From the NCBI RefSeq assembly GCF_009914755.1, contig NC_060925.1: DNA of 64,000 nt. One strand, given 5' to 3'. The notes beneath the pieces are model-generated. The model searched no databases. It was not told the origin of the DNA and worked only from the letters and a program-made list of their open reading frames with translations. The position numbers and the translations under genes are program-made. The DNA is from the human T2T-CHM13v2.0 reference genome, Homo sapiens. This document shows, piece after piece, positions 1 through 13,684 of the stretch; position 1 is the first letter of the stretch; each line of letters opens with the position of its first letter.

Positions 1-178
1 GCTCTGCAAACTTCTCTTAGTGTAAACATCTTCCTCTTCCTTTCCCTGAAAGAAAACCGCCCGTCATCAAGAGTCCTGGCACAAAGCTTGTTGTCAGCTT
101 TCAGGGCCGGATATTCATAGGTTTTTACGGGTCCCAAAGAGAGCCAGTGGCATAAGAGACTTCCCCTCCTAGCTCCTT

Positions 179-514
<336 letters not shown>

Positions 515-534
515 TAGTGTTAACATTAGGCATG

Positions 535-680
535 TCTACAAGCCAAGGAGAGAGGCTTCAGAAGAACCCAAGGCTGCTGATACATTGACTTCAGACTTCC
601 AGCCTCCTGAACTGTGAGAGAATACATTTCTGTTACATAAGGCATCCAGTCTGTGGTACTTTGTTATGGCAGCCAACAAC
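535..680 (+). mobile_element. MLT1-type MaLR LTR 3' fragment
   Basis: aagccaaggagagaggc...cagacttccagcctcc...tgtggtactttgttatggcagcc. Confidence 0.7.
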
Positions 681-830
681 ACACCAAACTTGATTTATAA
701 GCAAGAAAAGGCTGAAGAGTTTATGTGATTTGTACAGAAGTCAATATAGTTTTTCCACACACAGAAATTTAATAGGCATTTTGGTTTTATTACTGAAAAG
801 CTTATCATAATGCCAAACACAACTTCTGCA

Positions 831-991
831 AGTCATAAGAAAGTCTCCCCTGGCCCCCCAGACACTCTCTTTCCATTGTACCTATAGAGCACTATGGCAA
901 GTCCACCCAGAGTCATAAGAAAGCCCCCCTGGCCCCCCAGACACTCTCTTTCCACTGTACATATAAAGCACCGTGGCAAGTCCACCCAGAG
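831..991. repeat. ~80-bp tandem duplication (2 copies)
   Basis: agtcataagaaag...cccctggccccccagacactctct...ggcaagtccacccagag occurs twice in tandem. Confidence 0.9.
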
Positions 992-1094
992 GAACCCACG
1001 GGCCAGACTTCCTTCAACCCAAGGGCGCTGGTTTCCCATGATATGTACTTAAAGTTTTGGGCACCTCAGGCCTTGTGTTCAACCTTTTATAGGT

Positions 1095-1235
1095 TGTATC
1101 TCATTTAATTGTCCAAAAACCCCAAAAAAGGTAATTACTATCTCTGCTGGACAGAGGAAGAAACTGAGGCTTTCAGAGTTTAGAAACATGCCTCAGGTCA
1201 TAACCAGAAGATTCAAATCTAAGTTTATCTGATGA
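1095..1235 (-). mobile_element. MIR fragment
   Basis: atctcatttaat...gaggaagaaactgaggct...aggtca core. Confidence 0.65.
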
Positions 1236-1796
1236 AAAAACTACTTTCCTGTAGCTACCATGTACTTCATATACATACTCAAACTATGTGTAGCTGATGT
1301 TCTGGCCCCACACACTAGACACCACCCTGTGTCCTCCTAAGTATTTCTACATCTCTTCGCAGCATCACAATACTCCTGTAAACAGGAGTTGTTTAGCCAA
1401 GGAAACAGAGGTTCCAAGAGACAAGAAATGGCCATGCTCCAGTCATGCAGCAGGCCCCAGCTGTACACTGGCAGTCCCCAGCTGTCATCAAACTGACAAA
1501 TCCTGCAGAGATGCACCCTCGAAGAGATGAGAGGGCACCACCTCAGTGACACCCACCTACAGAAGCGTTAGCTCTGAGAGGCTCTAGAACCATGAAGAGG
1601 ACAAACATCCTGATGAGGTTCTCATTTAATTGCTCTAGGAAGGGACTCAGACCCTGACAACAGCTCACAGCACCTCGGGGACACGAGAACACTGCTGATG
1701 TAAAAGCCATCAGCTTAACAAAAACCACACCCAGTGCACAGTATGGGGTGTGCACTTCCCCAGATCACCCCTGCTACACTCCCCTGGGCTGCATAC

Positions 1797-1980
1797 CTGG
1801 GTCCCCGCTGAGCTGGCTTGGTGGTCTGCTTGGGAGCCCCAGGCACTGTGCCAGGGTTATGGGCTGGGCATCCTGGTTCTTTGCAAGGTCGCTGTGGGGC
1901 TCTACCGGCAGCTGCTCCTGCTCCTGGTCCAGAGGGCTGTCCCCATCATCAATCACCACAGGGTCTTCACAGTGCTTGAG
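1797..1980 (-). CDS. ZNF496: ZNF496 second coding exon (linker after SCAN), 184 nt
   Basis: Acceptor ttgcag|CTC at 1981/1980, in phase with the previous exon. Encodes LKHCEDPVVIDDGDSPLDQEQEQLPVEPHSDLAKNQDAQPITLAQCLGLPSRPPSQLSGDP. Donor CCAG|gtatgc at 1797/1796. Downstream exons lie outside the window. Confidence 0.92.
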
Positions 1981-2302
1981 CTGCAATCCCAGAGACAGCT
2001 TTTCAGGGCTAGGGGAAGAGGTCCCATCTCTCCCTGGGCCTGGTGACCATCCACTCCACAGCTGACCATCAAAGGCTCAACTTAGGCCTTGGACTGGGCT
2101 GTAAAGGGGCACGACACTATCATGCCCAAATTAGAGCCTTCAGGGAGTAAAACTGGCTTTCTTAGGAAACTCTAGTCTGGACCTAACCAAAGTAAATGGC
2201 TCTCGATGGAACTCCTCATTCCCCAGCCAGCACATGCATGGCCCAGCCAAAGTGTCTAAGTACCAGATCTCTACCCGTCCCAGCCCCACCTCTTCTACTC
2301 AC

Positions 2303-2692
2303 CCACTGCCAGGGTCTCCCGGGCTCCCGTTCCAGTGCCTCCACCGCGGCCACAGCCTGCTCTCCGCTCTCAGGCTCCTGCGCCCGCACCCAGCTCTGGA
2401 TCTCCCGGGGCAGGATGGCCAGGAACTGCTCCAGCACCAGCAGCTCCAGAATCTGCTCCTTGGTGTGCCTCTCAGGCCGCAGCCAGCCCCCGCACAGGTC
2501 CCAGAGGCGCTGCAGGGCCTCCCGGGGGCCCGCCGCCTCCTGGTAGCGGAAACGGCGGAAGAGACGCCGAGAGGACTCGGGGCTGGGAAGCTCCCCCTGG
2601 GGGCTAGGGTTCTCTCCAGGTGGGCTCCTCATTTTCCTGGGCTCCTCACTTTCCTTCGGAGCCAAGACTCGGGGGCACAGGGCTGTGGGCAT
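2303..2692 (-). CDS. ZNF496: ZNF496 first coding exon (SCAN domain), 130 codons; exon extends to ~2729 as 5' UTR
   Basis: ATG at 2692. Protein [20 protein letters not shown]...[53 protein letters not shown]...PWQW is a SCAN domain that I recognise as the ZNF496 N-terminus. Donor TGG|gtgagt at 2303/2302; acceptor ttggaaatag| at 2730/2729. Confidence 0.95.
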
Positions 2693-3079
2693 GATGGGAT
2701 TTGATGGGGGTCAGCAGCAGAAGACGACCCTATTTCCAAACAGAAATCACTGGCTTCAGTGTTCTGGTCTCCTGTGGTCATTTCTGGGGGACAGTGACAA
2801 GGAAACTGTCAATGCCCTCAGAGACCAGCCCTTTGGAGAAGCCCTGGGAAAGGTAGGGAGTGTTGGTGTGGCTGGTCTTTACACACAGGATGAAACAGAC
2901 AGAAAGATGCCCTCCCCCCATCAGTACCATTACGTGTGGATTCCCGTTAAGTGGGTGACTGGATGAACAAGACAGGAAATCTGGGAGAAAGTGGTGGCAT
3001 TTCAACGTGACACTGCTGTTTTGAGCATCCCAGGAAACCAACAGCGCCACATGCAGATGTAATCAAGACGCTCTGGTAC

Positions 3080-3195
3080 CTTGGGTGGCTGGGTCCTCCT
3101 GGAGAGATCCGAGATGGGCAGGCCAAGCAGGCCACTATCTTGAAGCTCCGGAGCCGAAGTCACTGTTCTTGTTATTAAGACCTTTACAAATGGAG
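3080..3195 (-). other. ZNF496: Candidate ZNF496 5' UTR exon
   Basis: Minus-strand acceptor tctttgtcattccag| at 3196 and donor CCAAG|gtacca at 3080/3079; boundaries inferred from splice motifs only. Confidence 0.4.
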
Positions 3196-4545
3196 CTGGA
3201 ATGACAAAGACATGCATCGGATGAGCCTTCAAGCACATCCAGGAATGGAAAATCCACCCTTCTGGTGGCAGAGGGCTGATGGTGCTGCGTGCTGGATGGA
3301 CAACCCAGCCAGAATCAGCTTTGCCCAGCAGAGTCTGCAATGGGAGGCAAGGGAAAACATCACATGAGACAGCTACATGCAGTCTACCAGGGACAAATAA
3401 CACTGCATCTAGAAGTATCAGTGGTTTCCTATGAGCCTTCTGCCAATTCTGCCCTGACCTTCAACCTCGCCTCCACCCTATTCTCTATCCTTGCCCTCTT
3501 CAAACCACATTGAAGGCAACTGCACACTCGCCAAAGCCCTTCCTCGGCCAGGACAGAAAAGTGGGTCCGTCACTGCACAGCTCAGCCCTCAAAGAACCCC
3601 TGGACACTGCAGCTGCCACACCCCCAAGGTGGGACTCAGGGGTCCCTACACCTCCCCGCTGGTGTGCAGACAACTAGCCGACACTTTTGCCACAACTAGG
3701 GTGGCAAGAGACCAGCAACCAGTATACCTGGTGTTTATGATTCCCACTTTAGAACGCTGGGCCCGTGAAAGGGCACATGGGGACACTCACAGTCCCCTTC
3801 TCTGCCATCAGGCCTCTGTGATCCTTAGGACCGGCAGTGCCTGCCACTCCCCCATCTGCACGAGGTTGTCCAGCGTGGCCGCGTCTTAACCTCCAACAGC
3901 TCACAAGGTGGGAAGGGGGACTCGGGCCTCACTCACATTTCACAGAAAGACAAGTGATGCCAGAAAAGCTACGAAACAACTGAGTGGTTCCAGAAACACC
4001 CACTGCTCTGAATCTCTTTGCTTTCCAAAGTAACAACATACACAGAAACCCATATGGGGGCCGTGGCGGCGTCGGGCTGGACGCATTACAGCGCTCCCCA
4101 CCACCGGATCGCTTCCAGGGCGGCTCCGGCATCTGGAGCCCGGGGTGGGCCCCGCCCGCCCGGCTCGGCGGCCCCCTGCGGCGCCCATCACACACCTGCA
4201 GCGCCCAGGACTACTCAGGTCCGCCCCCCCGAGCACCGGCGCCCACCCGGGCTGCCACTCGGATCGTCTCCAACCAGACGGCCGCGTCCGTCTTTGTCAC
4301 GGCGGCACCTGGCGCGTCGGAGGCTCGGAGGAGATGCCTGATGAATGAACTAACGTGAGTGAGGCGGAGGAGGGCCCCGCAGGGGCGGAGCGAGCTCCCA
4401 GCCTTTCGCGGAGGAGGGACCGAGCTGGATCGGCAGAAAGGGAAGGAGAAGGTCGCTGTGGGCCAGGGAAGGGGGAGCCCGCCCTCCGCGCCCTCGGTCT
4501 CCCTCACACGCGCGTCTCCCGTCTCGCCGGCTCCGGGCTCCTCAC

Positions 4546-4761
4546 CTCACAGCCTGGAGCTCCCTCCCGGCGTCCGGCCGAAAACCCTCCTGTGGCGGCG
4601 GAAGTCCAGGGCAGCCGTCCTCATCCTCCCAGCCCGCCCGGCCGGGCGTACTCGCTGAGGCGGGGTCTCCGCAGGCGCCCGGCTCCTTTCCCGGCCCGTC
4701 CAGACCGCGTCTCCCGATCATCCGGAAAGCCACGGCTCGGCTCGGGGGCAAATGGAGGCGC
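4546..4761 (-). other. ZNF496: Candidate ZNF496 5' UTR exon within the CpG island
   Basis: Acceptor ttgtttttcag| at 4762 and donor GTGAG|gtgagg at 4546/4545. Confidence 0.5.
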
Positions 4762-4903
4762 CTGAAAAACAATGGTGTTGCTTTCTCCCCCGCCCGCACC
4801 TTCCTGAGCGCTGGGCTCTGGGCTGGGAGGCGGCGCCGCGGAGGCCGGGCGCGGGCCGAGGAGGGCGGGGCGGGGCCGGCCGCGGGAGCCGGGGTGCACT
4901 CAC

Positions 4904-4990
4904 CGCCGCGGCGCGTCCCTGTTGGCGGGCGGCGCAGGCCTGGCCGCCGCGGGAGCCCGCCGGACGCCGAGGAAAGGAAAGGCCGGAGCC
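4904..4990 (-). other. ZNF496: Candidate ZNF496 first exon (TSS approximate)
   Basis: Strong donor GCG|gtgagtg at 4904/4903 in the GC-rich core; ETS motif just upstream at ~5012-5020. Confidence 0.5.
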
Positions 4991-6819
4991 CTCCGGCTCC
5001 CTCCCCTGGGACACTTCCTGCTCCGCTCTAGGACTGGGGAGGTCTCCGCATCTCAGTGGTTCGCTCCCCCGCCCCCCGGCCGAGGTGTGCGCTGGGGGTG
5101 ACATCCGACACCCCCGGCCCGCCCCGCTCCGCGCGCGCCTGGGCCTGGCCGCCGGGCCGGGGGCTTTGTGGGTCAGCCACGTCGCCGCGCCCGGGCCTCC
5201 CCGCGGGCCCGCCGGTCCGGAAGGTCGGCCCGGGGCTCTTTTCTCCGCTGTTCTCCTTCTCTGGCGCCCCCAGGACACGCGGCCAGTGGACGCCCGGAAC
5301 GGCCGACCGGGAGTCGCGGCTGGGGATGGAAGCTGGAATTGGGGGTGCGGGATGGAGCGGAGAGAGGAGGCCCCGCGCGCCGTCGGCCGCCTCATTTCAG
5401 ACTCCCCTGCGACCCCCCCCCGCCGCCAGCCGAAGCCCGGGCCGCCCAGCCCCTCCTGCCGCTGCGGGACGCCGAAGGTAGCGCTCACATCCGCGCCTTC
5501 CGGGCCTGGCGCCCACGTGCGGAGTCCCCGGGTTAGGAAAGGCCGCGCATCCGGAGGCCACGCAGAGCCTCGGGGCTTGCGCAGAGGGGCTGCGGTGAGT
5601 CCTGACCCTGAGTGGGGGTCACGGGGCTCGTTGCTCGCTGAAGTGAACACGGTTGCAGCTGTGCACAGTGGCGGAGGGAGAGGATGAGGGACTCTGACCC
5701 AAGGTTATGTGGCAGTGAGGGGCAAGCAGAAATGGGGGCCTCCGGACCCCACCCCGAGACAGGGCTGCTGGCCGCTGCACTATGCTGAATATAGCCCAAA
5801 TTCTTACATGGGTCGTCCCCGGGGAATGCTCATTTTTCAGGCTCCAGAGCTTGAGAGAAAGTGCGAACCCGGTCCCTGAGCAGGTCTGATTCCCATGGCC
5901 CCTTCGCCATCTGCTCTGCACCGAAATTGGATTCTCCTACGCAGAGGAGAAGGTGGAGAAGATTCTCCGTCTTCCGGAGGGTAGCTACTGCCGGTAGCTC
6001 CGATTTCCTTCGGATCCCCTTTCAAGGGCAAGCAGAAGGAAATCAGTTTCTCCAAAGAAAGTGGCCCGGCTGAGTAAGTGGGAACAAGGTGGTTGGACTG
6101 AGGCACGGGATCCTTTAGCTCCGTTGCTCTTCTAATCCCGTGGCCCTGGGCACCGCCACTTCCTCCTCTGAACTGCTGGAATAATCACTTCTGACTAGCA
6201 GAGTTACTGGGAGCCGCTGTTTGTCAGTGTTCACATTCTGACTTTAGCAGGAGATGGAGCGAGCGAAGGAGTGAAGCCCTTGTTTGTGAACAGTGATTGT
6301 TTCCCGGATGACAGCCAGATGCCGGGCAGGGCCACGCAGATCTTAGCTGGAGCCTACAGGTACAAGTGAGAGCCACCCCCTTTGACGTAACTGGACTGGC
6401 ATTTACAGAACTCATGTACAGCCCACTCTCAGGAACACCAGCCAGGAACCGTGACATGGAGGAGAGGAATTGGGAGGAACCGAGGGGTCATCAAAGGCTG
6501 GTAGGGCTTAGGTGCTCTAGCAAACATCCTAGTCTGTGGGGTTCCAGAGCTCTGGTGCTACAGCTCCCAACCCTTTGATTGGCCCAGGAACTGGCTGTTG
6601 AGTGGGCATCCGTGTTCATAGCTCTGCCCCTTGCAACCCTAAAGCAGATAAAATGCAGGAGGCAGAAATTGCTGGCAGACAGCATCCAATTAATCCCCAC
6701 TACCCAATTCAGTTTCTTCCCCTGACCTGACACGTCCCTGCCCAGCTGTGCCTCCCACTGTTCACCTTTTGAGGCACAAAACGGGCTGTTTATGCTGCTG
6801 CTGCATTTAGCTCAAAACA

Positions 6820-6987
6820 GGGCTTCAGAGTCAAGGTTCTGGACTCAGGCACCCGGATTAAATCCTGCCCTATGAATTCCTAGCCAGGTGACCTCAGGCC
6901 TACATAACCTTTCTGTACCTCAACTTCCTCATCCAGAAAACAGGGATGATGCTGTCTACCTCATTGGATGGTTGTGCAGGATCAAAG
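6820..6987 (+). mobile_element. MIR
   Basis: aaatcctgcc...ggtgacctcaggc...acctcaacttcctcatc...ggttgtgcaggat. Confidence 0.7.
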
Positions 6988-8900
6988 ATTCAGTCATTCA
7001 GCAAACCTATACCGAGTACCTACTGTACATTCATGAGTGCTAGGCAGCCAGCCTTCCAGGTGCTCAGGTACATCTGTGAACACAACTGGCTATTGGAGGA
7101 AGCAAAATCAGTAACATGACCTGCTCTCTTTGATCTGTGCTACAGAAAAAAAGGAAAGTGGAGAGGCATCAGGAAGTCAGGAGTGCTGGGGAGGGGCTGG
7201 TAACAGTCATGGTATTAAAGAGGAGGGCAGGCAGGCCTTACTGTGAAGGTGGTATTTGAGATGAAGTAGTTGGTCAGAGTCCCTGTTTGACACATGGAGA
7301 CCACCTTGACAGCAAAGGCCCTAAGGGGGAGCGGTGCAAAGCAAGGTGGGCTGGTGAGTGAGAGGAGAGGGATGGCATAGAGCTGGGTGGGGGCACAGGA
7401 GCCCGTGGGGAAGGTGTTCGCCTCTGAATGAAGTGGGGTTGTATCAGATACCACGGGTGAAGCATCGGGAAGAGGATCCTGCCTGTAAACCCTGCTCAAG
7501 GACTGCACCATCATCATGCCCAGTGTGTGCGTGTATTAGGTTTGTATGAATATAATGTTGCCAATTGTATCTGTTTTTATGAAATGTTTGCTATGTGCCA
7601 ATGATTATTCGATCCATGGGGAGACCATAGAAGAATGATCCAAGGAGTTGGGAGGGGAATCAAATAATAAATCAGCGATTCTGCAATATAACGCCATTGG
7701 TGATCGGTGTCATGAAAGAAATACAACATGGTGGGGAAGAGTGTGCTGGGGATGTTCAGGTAGGGCCTCTGTCAGGAGGTGACATTTGAGTGGAGAGCAG
7801 GTGGGGGGCTCCTGAGCAGAGGTGTGTGGGAAGAGTATTCCAGCAGAGGAAACAGCGTGTGCTTGCTCAGCTGGGCAGAGGAATAGTGAGAGAATGGTGA
7901 GGCTGGAACCAGGTCACCAGATGTTATAGTCATTAGAGGGTTTCAAGTAGGAGTGTGGCCTAACGGAATCTTGATTTTATCAAGATCACTGTGCAGAACA
8001 GATGAAGCAGAGTCTCTGTTAGGAATCGTTGTAGAGATCCCGGCAGGAGATGCTCGGTTCCTGGAGTTGACTGGTGGAGGCACAGCTGGTGAACAGTAGG
8101 CCCAATCCAGGCTCTGTGTTGAAGGCATGCTGCCTGTGTTAGAGGAGTGAGGAACGGCTGTGACTGGGGCTGAAACTGGGTGACTGAACAGGCCTTCTAG
8201 AGATGGCAGATGCAAGGAAGCAGGTTTCCAGGAAGGGGTTGGGTTTGGGGTTGAATTGGTGGATTTGGGACTTGCTGGTTTTCAGATGCCCAGGAGACAA
8301 GTGGGGATGACCCTCTGGGATAGAAAGCTGTGGCTGGAGGTGGAAATCTGGAGTCACCGTATGTAGCAGGAGCTGGGACTTGAGAGGGTTGAGTGTGTTT
8401 TGAGAAGCAGCCCCAGGGAGGGCAGACCCTGCGAAATGCCAGCCCTGGACCGTGGGAGCCCAAGGGGTTAGTGGAGGAGAAGGGAGAGAAGGGGAAGTAG
8501 GAGGAGGAAAGTGAGGGAGGACGAGGGCAAGAGAAGGGGGTAGGGAGAGCTGCTGCCGCCTTGAGATAAAAGGAAAATTGCAGGTGTGGAGCCCTGGAAT
8601 CCAAGTGAGCACCTGTGTTTCAAGGAGAGAAAGAGGTCAGGGGGATAAATCCTGCGCCAAGATCAAATCCGATGAGGAAAGAACACTGCCCATTGAATCT
8701 GGTAGAGAGGCCCCTGAGCAAAGCAGACAGTGGAGCTCCTGGGCTAGGGCACTTTCTGGAAGAGAAGGGAGATGAGAGTGGACACAGCCCTGTGGAGAAA
8801 AACGGTCTCATCTTAAAGATGGGAGAAATTGCAGTGCATCGCCTGGAGGAGGGAGGGCTGGCACCCAGGGCCCACGGGGAGCCGGAGGGCAGGGAAGGCT
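6988..8900 (-). mobile_element. L2 fragments (old, discontinuous)
   Basis: ttcagtcattcagcaaac...gagtacctactg L2 3' tail; purine-rich L2-like blocks such as gaggtgacatttgag, gagtattccagcagagga and aatctggagtcacc. Confidence 0.55.
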
Positions 8901-9029
8901 GCCTCTGGACCTGAGGCATGTCCACAGCATCTGGGCAGGGAGAGCCTGGGGCAGGCTTCTTCCAACTTTGCCAACACTCCAGTAAAATAAGGAGCAAGTG
9001 TGACGTTTTATTTTATGAGGCAACTTGGC

Positions 9030-9433
9030 TAGCTGTGGTACTCAGTTTTTGTTCAAACACCAGTCTGGTGTTTCTGTGAGGCTGTTTTTTAGATATGATT
9101 AATAGTTAAATCTGTAGACTTTGAATGCAGCGGGTTACCCTCCATAGCGTGGGCGGGCTTCATCCAATCTGTCGAAGGCCGTAAGAGCAAAGACTGCAGT
9201 CTCCTGAGGAAGGAACTCCCCCTGCGGCGCGCCTTCCGACTTGCTGCAGCTTCGGCTTTCTGGATCTGCAGCCTGCCCTGCAGATTTTAGACTTGCAAGC
9301 CAATCAGTTCCTTAAAAGAAAACAGTCTCCCTCATCTCTCTCTATTGATCTCTAGCTCTCTATCCCCACCCCCTTCCCTCCCCCCACTCCACATGCTATT
9401 TGTTCCGTTTCTCTGGAGAACCCTGACTGCTAC
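9030..9433 (+). mobile_element. MLT2 (ERVL) LTR, partial
   Basis: catccaatctgtcgaaggcc...gtttctctggagaaccctgactgctaca terminus. Confidence 0.75.
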
Positions 9434-9624
9434 ACAGGGCCCTTAAGTGACAGGGAGAAAGAGAGGGTGAAATGTGAGAGCAGGAGGAAGAGGGCGTGAG
9501 ACGGCCATCTTGCAGAGTGGAAAGGTGAATGGACGATAACAAAGGAAAGGGTGAATTATATATAACCTGGAAAGTGAAGTGTGCACAAGGAAATGTGATG
9601 TGTAACCTAAAGCCCCAGTGCTTT

Positions 9625-9696
9625 GCAGGTGGGCAGCCGTTCCACTGTGACATCGCCCCCCAGGTGGGCAGCCGTTCCACTGTGACATCACCCCCT
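9625..9696. repeat. 35-bp tandem duplication
   Basis: caggtgggcagccgttccactgtgacatcRccccc x2. Confidence 0.9.
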
Positions 9697-11294
9697 GCAG
9701 AGGAGGTCATCATTCCGCATAATATGCTTGTAGACTGATGACAAATACAGGTGTGCAAATATGTGAAGCCCCATCACTGGACCAACCACACCTGCCTTCT
9801 CTGGGAGCTGTCAGTACCCACAGGCCCCAACCACAGCTTGCGCGGCTAACCAGGCACCAGGGACTTGCATGCTTTTTGCAATGTGAGAAGCTCTGTTGTA
9901 AGCTGGGCATAGTAGATACTCAATAAACTGTGGCTTTAGGAACAGTCCTAGGAATAGTAGTGCTAGTTCTTACTGTGTTAGTCACAGACATCTAGGGGGC
10001 ATGGACAGCAAGGCATTAATCTGGTCCCTTATTGTGGCCTGTGGAAAGGGGTCAGTGAGAAGCTGCTCAGTGAAACAGCTTTGCATGATGACATTTTCTC
10101 ACTATAGAGGCCTCCCAGCTGTCACAGAGGCCTGTTCATCTATTTTATTTTTTCTTTTTTTGAAAGCAAAAACACTTTGAGATTTGCAGGTAGGCTGACA
10201 TAACCCACTCTCAGGGGCTCCAGTGAAAGTACCTCTTTTAAGTGGCCAAGTTGTCACTAAAGAGATGACATCTTTTTCCTGGAAATCAGCGTTGGATGCT
10301 ACAGTCAAGAAAATAAAGACCCCAAACATTGGTATTTGGAGCTATTCTTGAGCATTGGGTTGTTCATGTTTATTCAGCTGGACCATCAGGGACAAGCTTG
10401 TGCCTTGACAAATTCAGATTTGCAGAAATGACCAGATTTATCGTCTTGATTCAGTGAGCGGGGGAGGGCACCCAGAGGAGGCTGGAATATGGCTTGATAA
10501 TGGGAGAAGTATTTTTGCGAGGTTTGCTCCGGATGGAGGAGGAGAAGGAGGAAGAGGGGGAGGGGAGGAGGAGGATGATGTCAGGTGTGATGTAAGTGTG
10601 GGAGTAAGTCTCCCTTGTGGGATCTTTAAGAATCACTCCCAAGTGGCTGCAGCAATTACAGTCCAAGAATGATATGAAAGTACAGGATTTATGCTGCTCC
10701 AAGGTCCTGGAGAGGGAGGCACCGCATGCGTGCAGGGCCGTGTTGGATGAGAGCCAAGGGCCCAGGCTCTGCAGTGCAGGTGGGGGGTCGAGAAAGAGAG
10801 AGAACCCGTGGGCAAGTACCTGTGTCGGGGGGTCAGGGTGGGGCACACAAGCAGAAGGTATGAGGGGATTTTACTGGTGCATTGGAATGTCGCTGGGTCA
10901 CAGTCGGGGGAAGGCAAGAAGGGGACCTGGAGGCAGAGACCAGGCTTATCACACCAGTGTGCCTAGTTGCTTGGGGGACTCACAGCCTGTGTGTGATACT
11001 GAGGCCTCATGGAAGTATGAAGTTTTAATAATTGATAATGTATCAGGGAAGTGGGAGTCGCATCTGCACTGGTTGTTGTTTAGAGGGGGGCTCAGAAGAA
11101 GTAGGGGTTCACTGAGGGTGATGGGCCGTCAGGAGGCAAGGATGCCTTGGTTGTTGCGTTCCCCCAGTCATAAATGAGTGCAGCAAGTGGGTCTAGGGCG
11201 TTCTTGGTTAGAAAGCAGGAGTCCATCTGTCAAGCGGGCGTTGTGGCGTTTCGAAGCTTTGGCAAGACCTTGGGGAAAACCACGTGTCCTGTGA

Positions 11295-11724
<430 letters not shown>

Positions 11725-12287
11725 TGGAGAGGTTTTGATGCTCTTAGGAGGGAAACGCCTTGATGTTACAGTTCCGCAGATGTTTCCATGAATGTGAGTT
11801 TGATCCTTTGTGATCGTCTTTGTTGTCTGCTCCTTAAATGCATTGAATCCTAGCATCCTTGGAATTTCAGGAGGGAAACTGATGTTCAGAGAAAGAGGAT
11901 AGTGGTCAGGGACCCAGTGTTACAGGGGTATGTGTGTGTGTCTGAATGAGGGAGGGATGGGGAAGTAGACTTTGTACGGAATATGTTCAGCATTTGCTAG
12001 GTATATTATCTGCATTGTATTGCCTAATTCTCACCACCATCCCGGGAAGTTGGAGCCCTGAGTAGTGTTTGGACTCTGCCTTCCAGAAAAGAAGGGTTTG
12101 CTGCAGGCCTCAAATGGGGTGATTGGTTCTTGGGTGAGTAAATACCAGAGTAAACTCCTCTGGTATTGTAGGACAGTGTTTTGGTCGATCTAGTAAAGGG
12201 GGAAAACATCCTTACTCACAGTTCTGGAATTTTATGTCCAGCTATTCCTTGTATGCCATGTCACTTAGGAAAATTTAAAAAGTATCT

Positions 12288-12572
12288 GGCTGGGTGTGGT
12301 GGCTCACACATGCCTATAATCCCAGCACTTTGAGAGACCAAGGCAGGAGGATCACTTGAGTCCAGAAGTTTGAGACCAGCCTAGGCAACATAGCAAGAAC
12401 CCATCTCCACAAAAAATTTAAAAATTAGCTGGGCAAGGTGGCACATACTTGTAGTTCCAGCTACCTGGGAGGCTGAAGCAGGAAGATCACTTGAGCCGAG
12501 GAGGTGAGCTATGATTGTGCCACTGCACTCCAGCCTGGGCAACAGAGTGAAACCCTGTCTCAAACAAAACAA
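12288..12572 (+). mobile_element. AluJ
   Basis: Alu dimer with J-type ggaggatcacttgag in both arms. Confidence 0.9.
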
Positions 12573-12769
12573 GTAAATATCAATTCTGTTCAGCTTCCTG
12601 CCACCTTACTCTTTCCATAGCATTTTCTGAAATTCAAGTCACCTCTGACAACTCCACATTTTTCTCCTCACATCTAGTATTTGCCAATTGATAAAAAGTC
12701 TGGGAGCCTCAATGTGTCTTAGATTTATTTTTTTCTGTGCAATCCCACTTAGAAACCCTAACCTATATC

Positions 12770-13310
12770 TTGATTTCACCTCATAGCATAGCACAGACCT
12801 CATCCTGGATCCCACACCCTGATGTGTGTCCTGATTCCAGCTCAGAGCACAGACCTTATCCTGGATCCCAGACCCTGTTATGTGTCCTGATTCCAGCTCA
12901 GCACATACCTCACCCCGGATCCCACACCCTGATGTGTGTCCTGATTCCATCTCATAGCAGAGACCTCATCCTGGATCCCAGACTCTGTTGTGTGTCCTGA
13001 TTTCACCTTATAGCACAGGCCTCATCCTGGATCCCACACCCTGATGTGTGTCCTGATTCTAGCTCAGAGCATAGACCTCATCCTGGATCCCACACCCTGT
13101 TATGTGTCCTGATTCCAGCTCAGAGCACAGGCCTCATCCTGGATCCCAGACCCTGTTGTGTGTCCTGATTTTACCTTATAGCACAGACCTCATCCTGGAT
13201 CCCACACCCTGATATGTGTCCTGATTCCAGCCCAGAGTACAGACCTCATCCTGGATCTCACACCCTGATATGTGTCCTGATTCCAGCTCAGAGCACAGAC
13301 TTCTTCCTGA
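12770..13310. repeat. 56-bp minisatellite, ~9.5 copies
   Basis: Unit agcacagacctcatcctggatcccacaccctgatgtgtgtcctgattccagctcag, directly tandem. Confidence 0.95.
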
Positions 13311-13684
13311 CCTCAGCGTCTCTCTCCAGCCTGCTCACTAAGGTGCAGTTTAAGCCATGCTGTCCCTACCCTGGGTATTTTCCCTCTGTCAGACCCACAT
13401 ACAGGGCAATTCTATTTCTGCCCCCTTGCTATCTGTGTTGCTTAAGTGGTGGGAGATGATGGGTTAATTTTTCCATTCATAAACTGTTGATACACCTGGC
13501 CCAAATGGATAGAACAAAATCTGGCACTTAAATACCCAGCGCAGAGTTAGAGATACTTAGCAGGTGCTTGCTCATCACAATCCTTCTTCCTCCTCTATTA
13601 GCTGCATATAAACTTTTAAACTTTATAGTGTATGACATTTCTCATTTTAGTGTATCTTAATCTGCCCTTCTGCCATTGAACACT

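Larger units (their letters stand above)
4050..5650. promoter_or_regulatory. CpG island / ZNF496 promoter, probably bidirectional
   Basis: Very high GC and CpG density, GC boxes (GGGCGGGGCGGGG ~4863-4875), ETS core ACTTCCTG ~5013-5020, splice donors facing outward on both strands. Confidence 0.9.

Noticed and set aside
2216-2302. ORF extension VSRRGGAG... as part of ZNF496
   Set aside because: Lies past a canonical gtgagt donor, so it is intronic read-through
4718-5687. 310-311 aa ORFs on both strands
   Set aside because: Stop-poor GC-rich CpG island; Pro/Arg/Gly/Ala low-complexity translations with no domain
12770-13310. CRISPR-like periodic array
   Set aside because: Units are directly tandem with no unique spacers, the context is eukaryotic and there are no cas genes
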